Virus record (IMG/VR): IMGVR_UViG_3300018080_000120
Length of the DNA: 49,166 nt
Strand: one strand, 5' to 3'
Source of the DNA: a virus
Taxonomy: Duplodnaviria > Heunggongvirae > Uroviricota > Caudoviricetes
In this document: positions 27,221 to 36,420 of the stretch, in pieces
Position numbering within the stretch: position 1 is the stretch's first letter
How the letters are laid out: each line of letters starts with the position of its first letter
Notes under the pieces: model-generated
Databases searched by the model: none
The model's input: the letters and a program-made list of their open reading frames with translations, nothing else
What the model was told of the DNA's origin: nothing
Position numbers and translations under genes: made by a program

Positions 27221-28016
27221 TAAACATCCTCTTCTTTTTTAGGTGTTTACATATTTTATCCAAATTATGAAAATTTTTTCTATTTATTGTTATTCTTTTC
27301 CACCCTAATTCTAGGAGCTCTTTCTTTCTAAAAACGTCGTTCTTTTTAACACTCTTCATTAGATGTATTTTGCCATCATACTCAAAATCCAACATTAAAC
27401 TTGGAACGGCAGTGTCCAAAAATCTAAACGATCTTTGAGTTTTTACATAATAATTAAATTTAGCATCTATGAAATATTTTTTAATCATTTCAAACATTTC
27501 TTTTTGTCTAAATGAATTATTAGATTTTATATTTTGTTTTAAATTTTTCGGTATTTTTCCTTTTAAAGATTTACTTATTTTTCTACGGCGGTTTAGTTCT
27601 GTTTTTGGTGATATTTTTCTTATTCTGGCTTTGTTACTTTGACAATATCCTTTATCACAAATAGATCTATGCTGTGTTTTAGTTATAAACTCTTCCCCGC
27701 ATATTTTACATATATGTATATAATCTCTTTTATTACCCTTATTCTTTGGAACTCTGCCTTTTAAAGCATTACTAATTTTCTTATTTCTTTCCTTTGTATA
27801 GACCCCATCGTTCCATAGTTTTTTTACTTGTCTACTAACTTTATTTTTGTACTCTTTGTTTTTTCTATATGATTCATTTCTATTGTCATAACGCCCTTCA
27901 GTCCACATTTTTTTAATAATGTGAGAATGTAATTTACAAGAACACCTCCTACACAAACCACTTTTACTACCACTAGAGATTTTATTATCGCATTTGTTTT
28001 TACAATACTGGTCCAT
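27207..28016 (-). CDS. Homing endonuclease-like: NUMOD3-type repeats plus Vsr/DUF559-like nuclease
   Basis: RNKKIS..LKG repeats; FLD...DFEYDG..H...D..R...L..LGW. Confidence 0.75.
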   Translation of the reverse strand: MDQYCKNKCDNKISSGSKSGLCRRCSCKLHSHIIKKMWTEGRYDNRNESYRKNKEYKNKVSRQVKKLWNDGVYTKERNKKISNALKGRVPKNKGNKRDYIHICKICGEEFITKTQHRSICDKGYCQSNKARIRKISPKTELNRRRKISKSLKGKIPKNLKQNIKSNNSFRQKEMFEMIKKYFIDAKFNYYVKTQRSFRFLDTAVPSLMLDFEYDGKIHLMKSVKKNDVFRKKELLELGWKRITINRKNFHNLDKICKHLKKKRMFNGDN

Positions 28017-28437
28017 TTTCTGATTCTTTAATGTCTTCATATTTTGATAGTATACATCTTCTTATTTCAGTTACACATTCAGATAATTCACCACTTATAT
28101 TTAAATGGTTGTCTATATTTTTTTTATTAATACCAGACGTAGGTTTCATATTTATAATCATATCATGTAATAAATTATGTGCTTCTTCGTACTTTATATA
28201 TGCTAGATACTCTAGTACACTATTAAATGCTTTATAATTATTATAACTTGGTTTTACATGATATTTACAATATTTAAACAAAATATAATTAAGTGATCCA
28301 TCACACGGTACTTTACATTCATTAATCAACCATGATAATGTATCTATTAAATCCATAGAATTATTATATGGCCTATTAGACATCTTTTGAATTATTTTAT
28401 CCAATTCAGGTCTTTTTTCTTGTAATACGTAAGGCAT
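28000..28437 (-). CDS. DUF6899-like phage protein
   Basis: MPYV...R..LD, G.LNY, SYNNY, EI.R..L..YED.K..ENG.V. Confidence 0.55.
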   Translation of the reverse strand: MPYVLQEKRPELDKIIQKMSNRPYNNSMDLIDTLSWLINECKVPCDGSLNYILFKYCKYHVKPSYNNYKAFNSVLEYLAYIKYEEAHNLLHDMIINMKPTSGINKKNIDNHLNISGELSECVTEIRRCILSKYEDIKESENGPVL

Positions 28438-28448
28438 TTTAATTCTCC

Positions 28449-28625
28449 TTAATTTTCCCAAAATTTTAGTCCGATATCTTCAAAATCCTCACACCCATTT
28501 CTTCCCTAAATAAATATTTTTTCACCCTTTTCATTTTTCTTTGTAATTACAACCTTATGTCCCTTCAGACAGATGGATTTTTTAATATCGTTTTTACAAT
28601 GTTCACAAATATAATAATCCTTCAC
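28449..28625 (-). CDS. Small Cys-rich gene interrupted by one TAG (28506-28508)
   Basis: GTG KDYYICEHCKNDIKKSICLKGHK...KIFI*GRNGCEDFEDIGLKFWEN TAA; fills the whole intergenic gap. Confidence 0.55.
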
Positions 28626-28627
28626 TT

Positions 28628-28828
28628 TTAATTCTCTTCCATTTCAAAATCAATTATTAATCTTTCTCCACCAGGCAAATCTTTGTCTTCAAATATTCCA
28701 ACTCTGCCGGATACTTTGACTGGCAATTCTAAATATTGCATGCACTTTTCTATGCCTCTCGCAATAATATCTGCTCGACCGTCTCTTACAAAATCCATTC
28801 CAACCGTGAATGTTTCTTTTCTTTTCAT
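28628..28828 (-). CDS. Hypothetical protein
   Basis: RBS GGAG; compact alpha/beta-like sequence. Confidence 0.55.
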   Translation of the reverse strand: MKRKETFTVGMDFVRDGRADIIARGIEKCMQYLELPVKVSGRVGIFEDKDLPGGERLIIDFEMEEN

Positions 28829-28845
28829 TTTCTTTTCCTTCTCCT

Positions 28846-29376
28846 TTATCGCTCTTGTATTTTAATTTCCCACTGTTCGTGGCCTTTTATTTTATTCCAA
28901 TATTTAATTTCTTCGTCAAACTTTTTCTGAGCCGCTTCCTTTGGGGGTATATGCCAATTTTTATCAATAAACTCATTGGGATAAGTAGGCATAATAATTA
29001 TACCATTTTTCGCTACTAATAAAAATTCCCGGCTCCAGTCATCTATTTCACCATCAAAATTTGAATCTACCATGTGCCACACCACCATACTTCTCGATTC
29101 ATCGCTGGATATGTTTTCATTGTATTCTTTGGTATTAACAACTACTCCTGCAAACAAGGTGACAAAATGATAAGTATATTTCCATAGAAATAAATTGTGT
29201 TTACATTTATTTTCCGCCGACATGATGGTTCTTGTATCTGTTTTGAATATCTTGGCGTTCGGGGACATTATATACTCTACTAAAGATTGAACTTCTGATT
29301 TTTCCACCGTATTTCCCACGGGGGCCATAAAAAATACTGCTATTAATATCATGAGACTAATTAGTAATTTTTTCAT
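28846..29376 (-). CDS. Exported protein
   Basis: MKKLLISLMILIAVFFMAP signal peptide. Confidence 0.6.
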   Translation of the reverse strand: MKKLLISLMILIAVFFMAPVGNTVEKSEVQSLVEYIMSPNAKIFKTDTRTIMSAENKCKHNLFLWKYTYHFVTLFAGVVVNTKEYNENISSDESRSMVVWHMVDSNFDGEIDDWSREFLLVAKNGIIIMPTYPNEFIDKNWHIPPKEAAQKKFDEEIKYWNKIKGHEQWEIKIQER

Positions 29377-29406
29377 AAATTCTCCTTTATCGTGGTTGTT
29401 AGGAAT

Positions 29407-29435
29407 ATTATAGAATAATATTTTATTTTTGCTAG
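29407..29435 (-). promoter_or_regulatory. Phage promoter copy 5
   Basis: CTAGCA-N17-TATAAT; the -35 overlaps the TAG stop of the upstream gene. Confidence 0.8.
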
Positions 29436-29806
29436 CTGGATTTTATTTTTTCTATATATGGTGTGGGATCAATATATTCAATTGGTATTCCATATTTATC
29501 AGCTAATGCCATTTCAGCTTTAACTCCTGTGGAAGTTTCCCAACCATCTAATTTTATTACTATTAATTTTTTACATATTCTTACAAATTCCTTATCCATA
29601 AATTCCCAGAATTCCCATTCTCTGGGAAGACCATACTTTTTAGCTATATGATGGCAAGCACTTATGGGGGCATAAATCAATCTTCCCTGCTTCATTAGGT
29701 CGGAACAGATTAAATCACATACATCCGCCCTAAAATCCATAAGTTCTTCGGTTCCATCACTATATGGAATAGCTAAATATTCTATATCTGATATAAATTT
29801 TCCCAT
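29432..29806 (-). CDS. DUF1937 / NDT-fold protein
   Basis: YLAIPYS, IYAPI...H.IA, WEFW...D, LDGW..S.GV..E...A...GIPI. Confidence 0.7.
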   Translation of the reverse strand: MGKFISDIEYLAIPYSDGTEELMDFRADVCDLICSDLMKQGRLIYAPISACHHIAKKYGLPREWEFWEFMDKEFVRICKKLIVIKLDGWETSTGVKAEMALADKYGIPIEYIDPTPYIEKIKSS

Positions 29807-29821
29807 CAGTAATTCCTCTCT

Positions 29822-30145
29822 TTATTTATAAACTAGTAGGATGGAACAAACCATCGCTCCTACAGCTCCTATTATATTCCAAACATTTACCATTTCCTTA
29901 AATACAAGAAATGATGTAATAAATCCAAAAATAGATATCATTATAGAACCAAAAAAGAATGCCTGTAAATAACTTGGCGCTATAGAATAAACATATGGAT
30001 ATAACCACGACAAAAATAAAACACATCCAAGCGAATATATGATAAAGGAAAACCAGGTTAAACCATAATATTTACCAATCCCATGAATTACAGCTACCAC
30101 TAATGCTCCCAATATTTGTAATATCCACCACAAATTATTCTTCAT
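29822..30145 (-). CDS. Small 4-TM DMT/SMR-like membrane protein
   Basis: Four hydrophobic helices; FLVFKE.V...NIIG C-terminal DMT pattern. Confidence 0.6.
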   Translation of the reverse strand: MKNNLWWILQILGALVVAVIHGIGKYYGLTWFSFIIYSLGCVLFLSWLYPYVYSIAPSYLQAFFFGSIMISIFGFITSFLVFKEMVNVWNIIGAVGAMVCSILLVYK

Positions 30146-30386
30146 CAGTATTGAAATCATCGTATCCAAGTAAACATTTCTTCCCAAATTTAATTTTATT
30201 CCATGCTCGCTCATGAAAAAAATAGAAAAGTGTCTTAAGTCCTATCTCTATTCCTCCTATTTGCAAACATTTTTCAATGCCGCCAAAATAGTAATAAACC
30301 AGCAACACAGTAAATACTGAAGTCCAAAATCTATAAGAGGCTGTTTTAATTATTGTCCTCCATTTTGATTCATTATATAGTTCCAT
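30135..30386 (-). CDS. DUF2061-family membrane protein
   Basis: ES..RTIIKT.SYR...K..FYFFHERAW.KIKFG. Confidence 0.8.
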   Translation of the reverse strand: MELYNESKWRTIIKTASYRFWTSVFTVLLVYYYFGGIEKCLQIGGIEIGLKTLFYFFHERAWNKIKFGKKCLLGYDDFNTDEE

Positions 30387-30396
30387 ACAACTCCAT

Positions 30397-31713
30397 CTAT
30401 TGATCCATTAATACTTCTTTCAATATCTTTATACAAATAGATATCTCCCAAGCCGATGCGGTGAGTGATGGGCTAAATCTTATTGTGCTTTCACCACAAC
30501 CCAGTAATAACAAACCCTTCTCAAAACACTTTTGAATTATATCATTTCTTACTTTAGGATTGGGATTTCCATCTTCATCAACTATTTCCATTCCCAACAT
30601 GAAGCCTTTACCACGAACATTGCCGATAAGTAATGGGAAATCTTTTTCTAATTCTTTTAGTTTCCCCATAAAATATCTACCTTGTTTTTCAGCATTTTCA
30701 ATAAGTTCTTCTTCAAGCATTTCTATGGTAGTTAAGGCAGCAGCACATGATACCGGATTTCCACCGAAAGTAGATGCGTGAGCACCAGGAACCCAGTTCA
30801 TGATTTCTTCAGATGCTACCATGATACCCAACGGCAATCCTGAGGCAATCCCTTTGGCTATGGTTATTATGTCAGGCTTTACCCCAAAGTGTTCCATTGC
30901 GAACATTTTTCCAGTTCGACCCATACCGGATTGAATTTCATCTGCCACATATAATATACCATATTTTTTAGTTATACGCCGTAATTCTTTGTGAAATTCG
31001 CTGGGTGGAACTATATATCCGCCCTCTCCTTGTATAGGTTCTACAAATATAGCTGCAACTTTATATGGATCAATCTTTTTCTTAAAAACAACGTCTTCCA
31101 AATACCTTACACATTCTAAATCACAAGCTGGTGTAGTAGATTTGCCATAAGGGCATCTATGACAATTAGCATAATCAATGTGTGTGACACCAGGCACAAA
31201 TGGTTCAAACTCCGTTCTTTGTATTGATTTGCTTGAAGTAAGCGACAAAGCGCCCATAGTCCTGCCGTGAAAAGCGCCGTAAAAGGCGATATTTAATTTA
31301 CGTCCTGTGGTGTATCTTGCCAGTTTGAAAGCGGCTTCCACTGCTTCGGCGCCCGAGTTGGCAAAAAATGCCTTTAGATTACCCTCGATGGGCGCTAGAG
31401 AGCATATTTTTTCTGCCAAGTCAATTTGTGGCTGATAATAGAAATCAGTGCCAGACATATGCATTAATTTGTCAACCTGATCTTTTATTGATTTAACTAC
31501 TCTTGGATGACAATGCCCTGTAGTATTAACCGCTATTCCGGCAGTAAAGTCTAAAAACTCATTACCATCCACATCCTTTATCCATAAACCATTGGCGCTA
31601 TCAACCACTAAAGGATAGGCCCTTGTATATGAAGGGGAAACATACCTCTCGTCCTTAGCAATTAATTCAGCAGCCTTTGGTCCTGGCAATTTTCCTAATA
31701 TTTTAGGTTCCAT
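30397..31713 (-). CDS. Class III PLP aminotransferase (GabT/ArgD-like)
   Basis: FHGRT, FVEPIQGEGG, ADEIQSGMGRTG, IAKG (PLP Lys), STFGGNP. Confidence 0.93.
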   Translation of the reverse strand: MEPKILGKLPGPKAAELIAKDERYVSPSYTRAYPLVVDSANGLWIKDVDGNEFLDFTAGIAVNTTGHCHPRVVKSIKDQVDKLMHMSGTDFYYQPQIDLAEKICSLAPIEGNLKAFFANSGAEAVEAAFKLARYTTGRKLNIAFYGAFHGRTMGALSLTSSKSIQRTEFEPFVPGVTHIDYANCHRCPYGKSTTPACDLECVRYLEDVVFKKKIDPYKVAAIFVEPIQGEGGYIVPPSEFHKELRRITKKYGILYVADEIQSGMGRTGKMFAMEHFGVKPDIITIAKGIASGLPLGIMVASEEIMNWVPGAHASTFGGNPVSCAAALTTIEMLEEELIENAEKQGRYFMGKLKELEKDFPLLIGNVRGKGFMLGMEIVDEDGNPNPKVRNDIIQKCFEKGLLLLGCGESTIRFSPSLTASAWEISICIKILKEVLMDQ

Positions 31714-31714
31714 T

Positions 31715-32701
31715 TTATGGCATCCTTTTATAATTATCATATATAAGTATAGCTAGAGCTAAATCCTCCAAAGCTACTCCTGTACTTATAAACATTTTAT
31801 TTTCTTTATTGGGGTAACAGAAACCTCTTTTACCCTTCATAAAATCTCCTAATGATTTCAATCTGTTCTTATCAACAATCCCTTCTTCTAATGCTCTTGA
31901 TACCAGTCCAGTATGAGCTACTTGGTCGTAGCTGTCACAGAAATGGTCTACCAAAGTCAAAACACCCGGTTCAAATTCGATTTTATCTTCATTATCCCCG
32001 CCTACAGCACAAATGAGCATGTCTTTACTTGGAACAATATCATTTATGAATATATGTGGTTCATCTGTAGGTGTTAGAGTTACAACTATATCACATTCTT
32101 TAAAAATTTTATCTTTTTTAGACTTTTTTATATCAATATTTGGGAAATTATCTACTAATTTATTCATATTATGTTCATTTATATCATGAATGTATATATC
32201 TTTAATATTTCTAACAGCCTTTATTGCTGGAATGTGATAATATGATTGCTTTCCACATCCTATAATTCCCAACTTCTCAGAGTCTTCATTTGATAATGCC
32301 CTTACAGCCACCGCAGTTGCAGCTGCGGTTCGATAGGCCGTCAAAGCACAAGCATCACAAATCATTATAGTTTTCTGAGTAATTGCGTCGTTTAATACAT
32401 AAATCCCCATCGCTAATGGTAAATTATACTGCGAAGGATTATCAACACAACATGAAATAATTTTAGTTCCACAAAATTGTGAGTATTTTTGCATAAAAGA
32501 GGGCATAACACGATAATCGTTATTATGCCCTTCTAGTACCATAATTGTTTTAGGTGGAGAAATTGTACACCCAACAGCTTCTTGTAAAAAAGTTTCTTCA
32601 ATGGTGTCAATTATGCGTAACCACCCTAATTTATTCAAACAATCAGTTATTTCTTCTTCCGATGGGACTATTGCCCCATGTATACCTTTTAAAATCTCCA
32701 T
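31715..32701 (-). CDS. Ornithine cyclodeaminase/mu-crystallin family protein
   Basis: LTAYRTAAA, GIIGCGKQ, AVGGD, STGVALEDLA. Confidence 0.9.
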   Translation of the reverse strand: MEILKGIHGAIVPSEEEITDCLNKLGWLRIIDTIEETFLQEAVGCTISPPKTIMVLEGHNNDYRVMPSFMQKYSQFCGTKIISCCVDNPSQYNLPLAMGIYVLNDAITQKTIMICDACALTAYRTAAATAVAVRALSNEDSEKLGIIGCGKQSYYHIPAIKAVRNIKDIYIHDINEHNMNKLVDNFPNIDIKKSKKDKIFKECDIVVTLTPTDEPHIFINDIVPSKDMLICAVGGDNEDKIEFEPGVLTLVDHFCDSYDQVAHTGLVSRALEEGIVDKNRLKSLGDFMKGKRGFCYPNKENKMFISTGVALEDLALAILIYDNYKRMP

Positions 32702-32736
32702 AAACAACCTCCTATATCGTGGTCGTCCTCATATAT

Positions 32737-32765
32737 ATTATAGAATATTATATTAATTTTGCTAG
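32737..32765 (-). promoter_or_regulatory. Phage promoter copy 6
   Basis: CTAGCA-N17-TATAAT, heads the cyclodeaminase operon. Confidence 0.8.
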
Positions 32766-32778
32766 ATAAATATAATAT

Positions 32779-33288
32779 TTAATATACACCTAAATCTCTT
32801 AGAAGATCGTCTATACCTAATTCTTTAACCTTCAATCTAATAAATTCAGATATAGTAGGACAATAAGGCTGCCGCTTCAAAAACATTCCTGCCTCAGAAG
32901 GAGTTCTATCGTTTTTGACAGAATTACAATCTCTACATGCGGCTACGCAATTTTCAAAGCTTGTTTTACCTCCCTTTGAAATAGGCACCACATGGTCGAT
33001 TGTTAATCTTTTACCTTTAGCATGACAATAAGCGCATGTAAATTCATCTCTAACCATTACATTTCTCTTTGAAAAAGGAACTTTTGATTTGTAGATAGAT
33101 CTCACCAACTTCATCAGCTTTAAAACGGCAGGAATTTTCATAATTACGGTTTTTTCAAAGTTTTTTATCACTTTTTCTGTATACTTAATCACTTCCGCCT
33201 TGCCTTTGAATATCAAACAAATAGCCCTTTGCCATGAAACGGTATTTAGATAGGTATAGTCTGAATTCAATACGATTACGTGTGTCAT
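32779..33288 (-). CDS. HNH endonuclease (McrA-like small family)
   Basis: RD...CAYC...TIDHVVP.SKGG...FEN.V.AC..CN..K..RTP.EA. Confidence 0.9.
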   Translation of the reverse strand: MTHVIVLNSDYTYLNTVSWQRAICLIFKGKAEVIKYTEKVIKNFEKTVIMKIPAVLKLMKLVRSIYKSKVPFSKRNVMVRDEFTCAYCHAKGKRLTIDHVVPISKGGKTSFENCVAACRDCNSVKNDRTPSEAGMFLKRQPYCPTISEFIRLKVKELGIDDLLRDLGVY

Positions 33289-33304
33289 TGGTCGTTCTCC
33301 TTTT

Positions 33305-33550
33305 TTATTTTAATATAGCTCTATAATCACATCCAATATTAAAACATTTAAATTCTACAGTAAATAGATCTGGACAAATTATACACCATTTCCTATTAGT
33401 GATTTTAATTAGTTGATTACTCCCGCATTTGGGACAAATTAAATTTTTATGACATATTTTTATGTATTCTTCCTGTGCTTCTTTCTTTTTACACTTTTCC
33501 AGAATTTCTATTTGATCCGAAGTCAAGTGTCTCTTTAATTTTCCTTTCAT
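33305..33550 (-). CDS. Zinc-ribbon protein
   Basis: CPKCGS, C..C. Confidence 0.55.
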   Translation of the reverse strand: MKGKLKRHLTSDQIEILEKCKKKEAQEEYIKICHKNLICPKCGSNQLIKITNRKWCIICPDLFTVEFKCFNIGCDYRAILK

Positions 33551-33717
33551 TACTCTTCCTCTCTTAGTTCTTTTTCTATGTCTCTTAATTCTTGGATAGT
33601 GGTTTCTATTAAACCCCTTTCAGAAACAAGCCACGTATACAAATGGTATGGGCTATTTTCACCATTGGTTACAGCTTCTTCTAAGAGAGCAATAGCATTA
33701 TTAATCGATATCTTCAT
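33550..33717 (-). CDS. 55-aa hypothetical protein (not in track)
   Basis: MKISINNAIALLEE...REEE; TAATG coupling. Confidence 0.6.
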   Translation of the reverse strand: MKISINNAIALLEEAVTNGENSPYHLYTWLVSERGLIETTIQELRDIEKELREEE

Positions 33718-33892
33718 TTTCCTTCTCCAAATTCTTTATATATTTAGATAAACATTTTTTACTACAAATATTTACCCATTTTGATTTTTTATCTTTATTA
33801 GACTTTACTTTAAAACCTCTGATAGCGGTCTTATTACAAACACCACATTCTGGATTCAATTTTTTTAATAGTTTGAATAAAAGTTGTGTCAT
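33701..33892 (-). CDS. Small Zn-finger protein
   Basis: Start MTQLLF; CGVC...CSKKC. Confidence 0.55.
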   Translation of the reverse strand: MTQLLFKLLKKLNPECGVCNKTAIRGFKVKSNKDKKSKWVNICSKKCLSKYIKNLEKENEDID

Positions 33893-33974
33893 ATTTTGTT
33901 TTTCCTTTTTGTTTTTCGCAAAAATTTTCCCGAGGGGGAAAAAAGACCATGATGAATTCCTCTTTTTCTTTCTA

Positions 33975-34015
33975 TTTATGTTTTTTGCCGCGGGTCTAAT
34001 ACTTAAGACCACGAT
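33975..34015. repeat. 41-bp operator-like element copy A
   Basis: 32/41 identical to 35295-35335; contains GGTCT-N8-AGACC. Confidence 0.6.
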
Positions 34016-34266
34016 TACCCACTTGCTTCTTCTGTTTTCCTAATTGATTGTACACACCTAACCAGTTTGTTAATAGCCTTAATAGCCCCGTCCATTTTTC
34101 CTTCCAATATCTCTATTCGTTTTTCCATCACATTCAGACGAGCTTCCATTCCATTCACTTTAGTTGTATTGCTTCTTGCTATTCGAGTTCTCCATATGGT
34201 ATCACTCAAATCATCGCTCACATCACTCAATTTTCTACCCACTAAAGTATGACTATATTTTCCCAT
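34015..34266 (-). CDS. Coiled-coil hypothetical protein
   Basis: Heptads MEARLNVMEKRIEILE. Confidence 0.55.
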   Translation of the reverse strand: MGKYSHTLVGRKLSDVSDDLSDTIWRTRIARSNTTKVNGMEARLNVMEKRIEILEGKMDGAIKAINKLVRCVQSIRKTEEASG

Positions 34267-34280
34267 AATTCTAATTCTCC

Positions 34281-34616
34281 TTATAATAAATTAAATTCAG
34301 TTAATAATTTATAATTGATACAGTATAAATTTACTATATATATTATATCTATAGATGCTAATATGCTCAAAAATAAAATATTAGAACCCATTTTATAGAG
34401 CACCCAAGATAAAAGCACGATAGCTGCTGTCTTGGCAATCAACAAACCGCTTATTACTCCCAGTTTTGACATTAGCCATGCTACTAATGGATTAAATTCC
34501 ATAGAATAAAAAACTATAGGGTCTAAATCTCCAAATAATACATAACTTGAGTAAACATCAAATGTTTGAAGTATAAAAAATATAAATATTAATATATATA
34601 ATATTAATTTATTCAT
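34281..34616 (-). CDS. DUF5658-like membrane protein
   Basis: D...S...E.NPL...L..K pattern with TM helices. Confidence 0.55.
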   Translation of the reverse strand: MNKLILYILIFIFFILQTFDVYSSYVLFGDLDPIVFYSMEFNPLVAWLMSKLGVISGLLIAKTAAIVLLSWVLYKMGSNILFLSILASIDIIYIVNLYCINYKLLTEFNLL

Positions 34617-34860
34617 TCCTCTCTGGTGGATCTGGCCACGGCTTAGGTGGTAAAAATCCGCCCTTACCTTCCAATTGGTGACATCTTTTACATTCTCTTT
34701 CTTCTTTCCAGATATTCTTTCCTATTTCCCCTTTGTACCAGTCACCCCATTTATGATCTATAACATTGCAGATTACACTCAAAAATACATATTTTAATAA
34801 TCTTCCTAATGTGTGTAGAAATGTGTCTTTGTTTCTGGCTATATGATAAACTTTACTCAT
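34609..34860 (-). CDS. Hypothetical protein
   Basis: C...HKW...C.RC motif. Confidence 0.5.
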   Translation of the reverse strand: MSKVYHIARNKDTFLHTLGRLLKYVFLSVICNVIDHKWGDWYKGEIGKNIWKEERECKRCHQLEGKGGFLPPKPWPDPPERNE

Positions 34861-34861
34861 T

Positions 34862-35245
34862 TTAATTTTCCTTTAATGCCGGATTTCCTGCCCAGGCGAA
34901 AGTACCATCTTTTCGCCACGTAAGACTTCCTCTTATATTTATTACTATACGATAATCTGATATGCTTATTCCATAAACTTCAACTTCCATTCGCCCAAAT
35001 AAATGGGTAGTTAGAATGAGTTTGTTCGCACTTAATATTTGATGAAGACGTGTGCCCTCTACGCTATTCAAATCGAATAAATGCTCACTATTCAATTCAA
35101 TATCTCCGGTGATGCCTTTCGTGATATTTGTTATATATGCTTTATTATCCTCAACTTTTCCACTAATATACATTTTTAATTTTGCTCTTACTATTAAATC
35201 CTCTGTGTCTTCTCTGTCCCTTATATTGCAATAAATCGAGTCCAT
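34862..35245 (-). CDS. Hypothetical protein
   Basis: RBS GGAG; beta-rich. Confidence 0.55.
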   Translation of the reverse strand: MDSIYCNIRDREDTEDLIVRAKLKMYISGKVEDNKAYITNITKGITGDIELNSEHLFDLNSVEGTRLHQILSANKLILTTHLFGRMEVEVYGISISDYRIVINIRGSLTWRKDGTFAWAGNPALKEN

Positions 35246-35294
35246 AATTCTCTCCTTTAATTTCTCCGCATTTTTTCGCGGGGGTAACTATCTT

Positions 35295-35335
35295 TTTATG
35301 TTTTTAGTCATGTGTCTTAGATTTAAGACCATGAT
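35295..35335. repeat. 41-bp operator-like element copy B
   Basis: Contains perfect GTCTTA-N4-TAAGAC. Confidence 0.6.
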
Positions 35336-35343
35336 AAAACTTA

Positions 35344-35529
35344 TTAACTTATACCAAACCATTTTGGTCTACGCACGAAATTGATTAATTTACCAGGTAT
35401 AACTACCACTTTACTATTACCTAATTTTTCCAGTGTTTTCACATCTTTCATATTGTGTAATCTAAGAGTGCCTACGGCTTTTCCTTCCACTTGTACTACA
35501 TATTCTCTTGTTTCTTCTGCTTTAGCCAT
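35344..35529 (-). CDS. Hypothetical protein, paralog of 35496..35717
   Basis: YVVQVEGKAVGTLRL. Confidence 0.55.
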   Translation of the reverse strand: MAKAEETREYVVQVEGKAVGTLRLHNMKDVKTLEKLGNSKVVVIPGKLINFVRRPKWFGIS

Positions 35530-35717
35530 GTGTTCCAGATCCTCCTCCATCTACTATTTGTAGATTTAAAATTTACTATTTGTCCAACGCCGACTTCTTT
35601 TAACTCTATATTTGTAGTTTTTAGATCTAATAATCTATTTATTCCTTGATTGCCTACCAACTTCAAAGTTCCCAATAGTTTACCATCTACATGTACTCCA
35701 TAAATCTTTCTGTTCAT
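35496..35717 (-). CDS. Hypothetical protein, paralog of 35344..35529
   Basis: YGVHVDGKLLGTLKL. Confidence 0.55.
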   Translation of the reverse strand: MNRKIYGVHVDGKLLGTLKLVGNQGINRLLDLKTTNIELKEVGVGQIVNFKSTNSRWRRIWNTWLKQKKQENM

Positions 35718-35718
35718 T

Positions 35719-35910
35719 CTATTCTCCTACTTTTATTAATGCTTCTTTTCCACAATATGGGCAATAGTTTACCTGAGTTAGACCGCTTGTATCTACCATC
35801 CACATTTCGCCATTCTTATATTGTATACATATATTTATACTATATCCAGCTCCTTTTCGTGGTAGTGGTCCTTTACACATATGTTTATCTAATAGATTAA
35901 CTTTTATCAT
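35719..35910 (-). CDS. Zinc-binding hypothetical protein
   Basis: H.C...C...YCPYCG. Confidence 0.55.
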   Translation of the reverse strand: MIKVNLLDKHMCKGPLPRKGAGYSINICIQYKNGEMWMVDTSGLTQVNYCPYCGKEALIKVGE

Positions 35911-36125
35911 TCTTCTACCTCTCTTATATGTACTTTAAATATACATTTACAATTTATACATAATAATGCATCACTTGATACTTGTGATTGTTTAAAGCTA
36001 ACGCCTAATCCAAGAGATTTTTCTCTACAGTCTGGACATTCTATATAGACATCCTGCCATTTCTCTATTGGGTTGTACCCCCGACCATGTGCTACGGTTT
36101 CGTAAGGCATAGCTTTCTTTATCAT
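35907..36125 (-). CDS. Zinc-ribbon paralog 1
   Basis: CPDC.EKS...LLCINCKCIF. Confidence 0.6.
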   Translation of the reverse strand: MIKKAMPYETVAHGRGYNPIEKWQDVYIECPDCREKSLGLGVSFKQSQVSSDALLCINCKCIFKVHIREVEE

Positions 36126-36250
36126 TTGCCAAACTTTTCCCTATCAGCAGCTTTTTTAATAGTATTCCAGCTTGTACCATATTGTATCTTTACACTACAA
36201 CGATTTCTTTTTTTCCTCTTGCCCTTGGGATATTTCTTTCTTAATTTCAT
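36122..36250 (-). CDS. Small basic protein
   Basis: MKLRKKYPKGKRKKR; ATGA overlaps at both ends. Confidence 0.45.
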   Translation of the reverse strand: MKLRKKYPKGKRKKRNRCSVKIQYGTSWNTIKKAADREKFGK

Positions 36251-36417
36251 TTTAATTCTCCTTGCACAAATGTTAACAACCATATAGCATTTTCTATGGT
36301 AGTTCGGTTGTCCCATTCGTGTGGTTCACATTTAATCCATGGATATAATTTTATAGCTTCACCATAATTTTGTGGAACCGTTTTTATTAATTCTGGATGT
36401 TTTGTTAAACTTTCCAT
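36247..36417 (-). CDS. 56-aa hypothetical protein (not in track)
   Basis: MESLTKHPEL...FVQGELK; fills the gap. Confidence 0.55.
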   Translation of the reverse strand: MESLTKHPELIKTVPQNYGEAIKLYPWIKCEPHEWDNRTTIENAIWLLTFVQGELK

Positions 36418-36420
36418 TAG

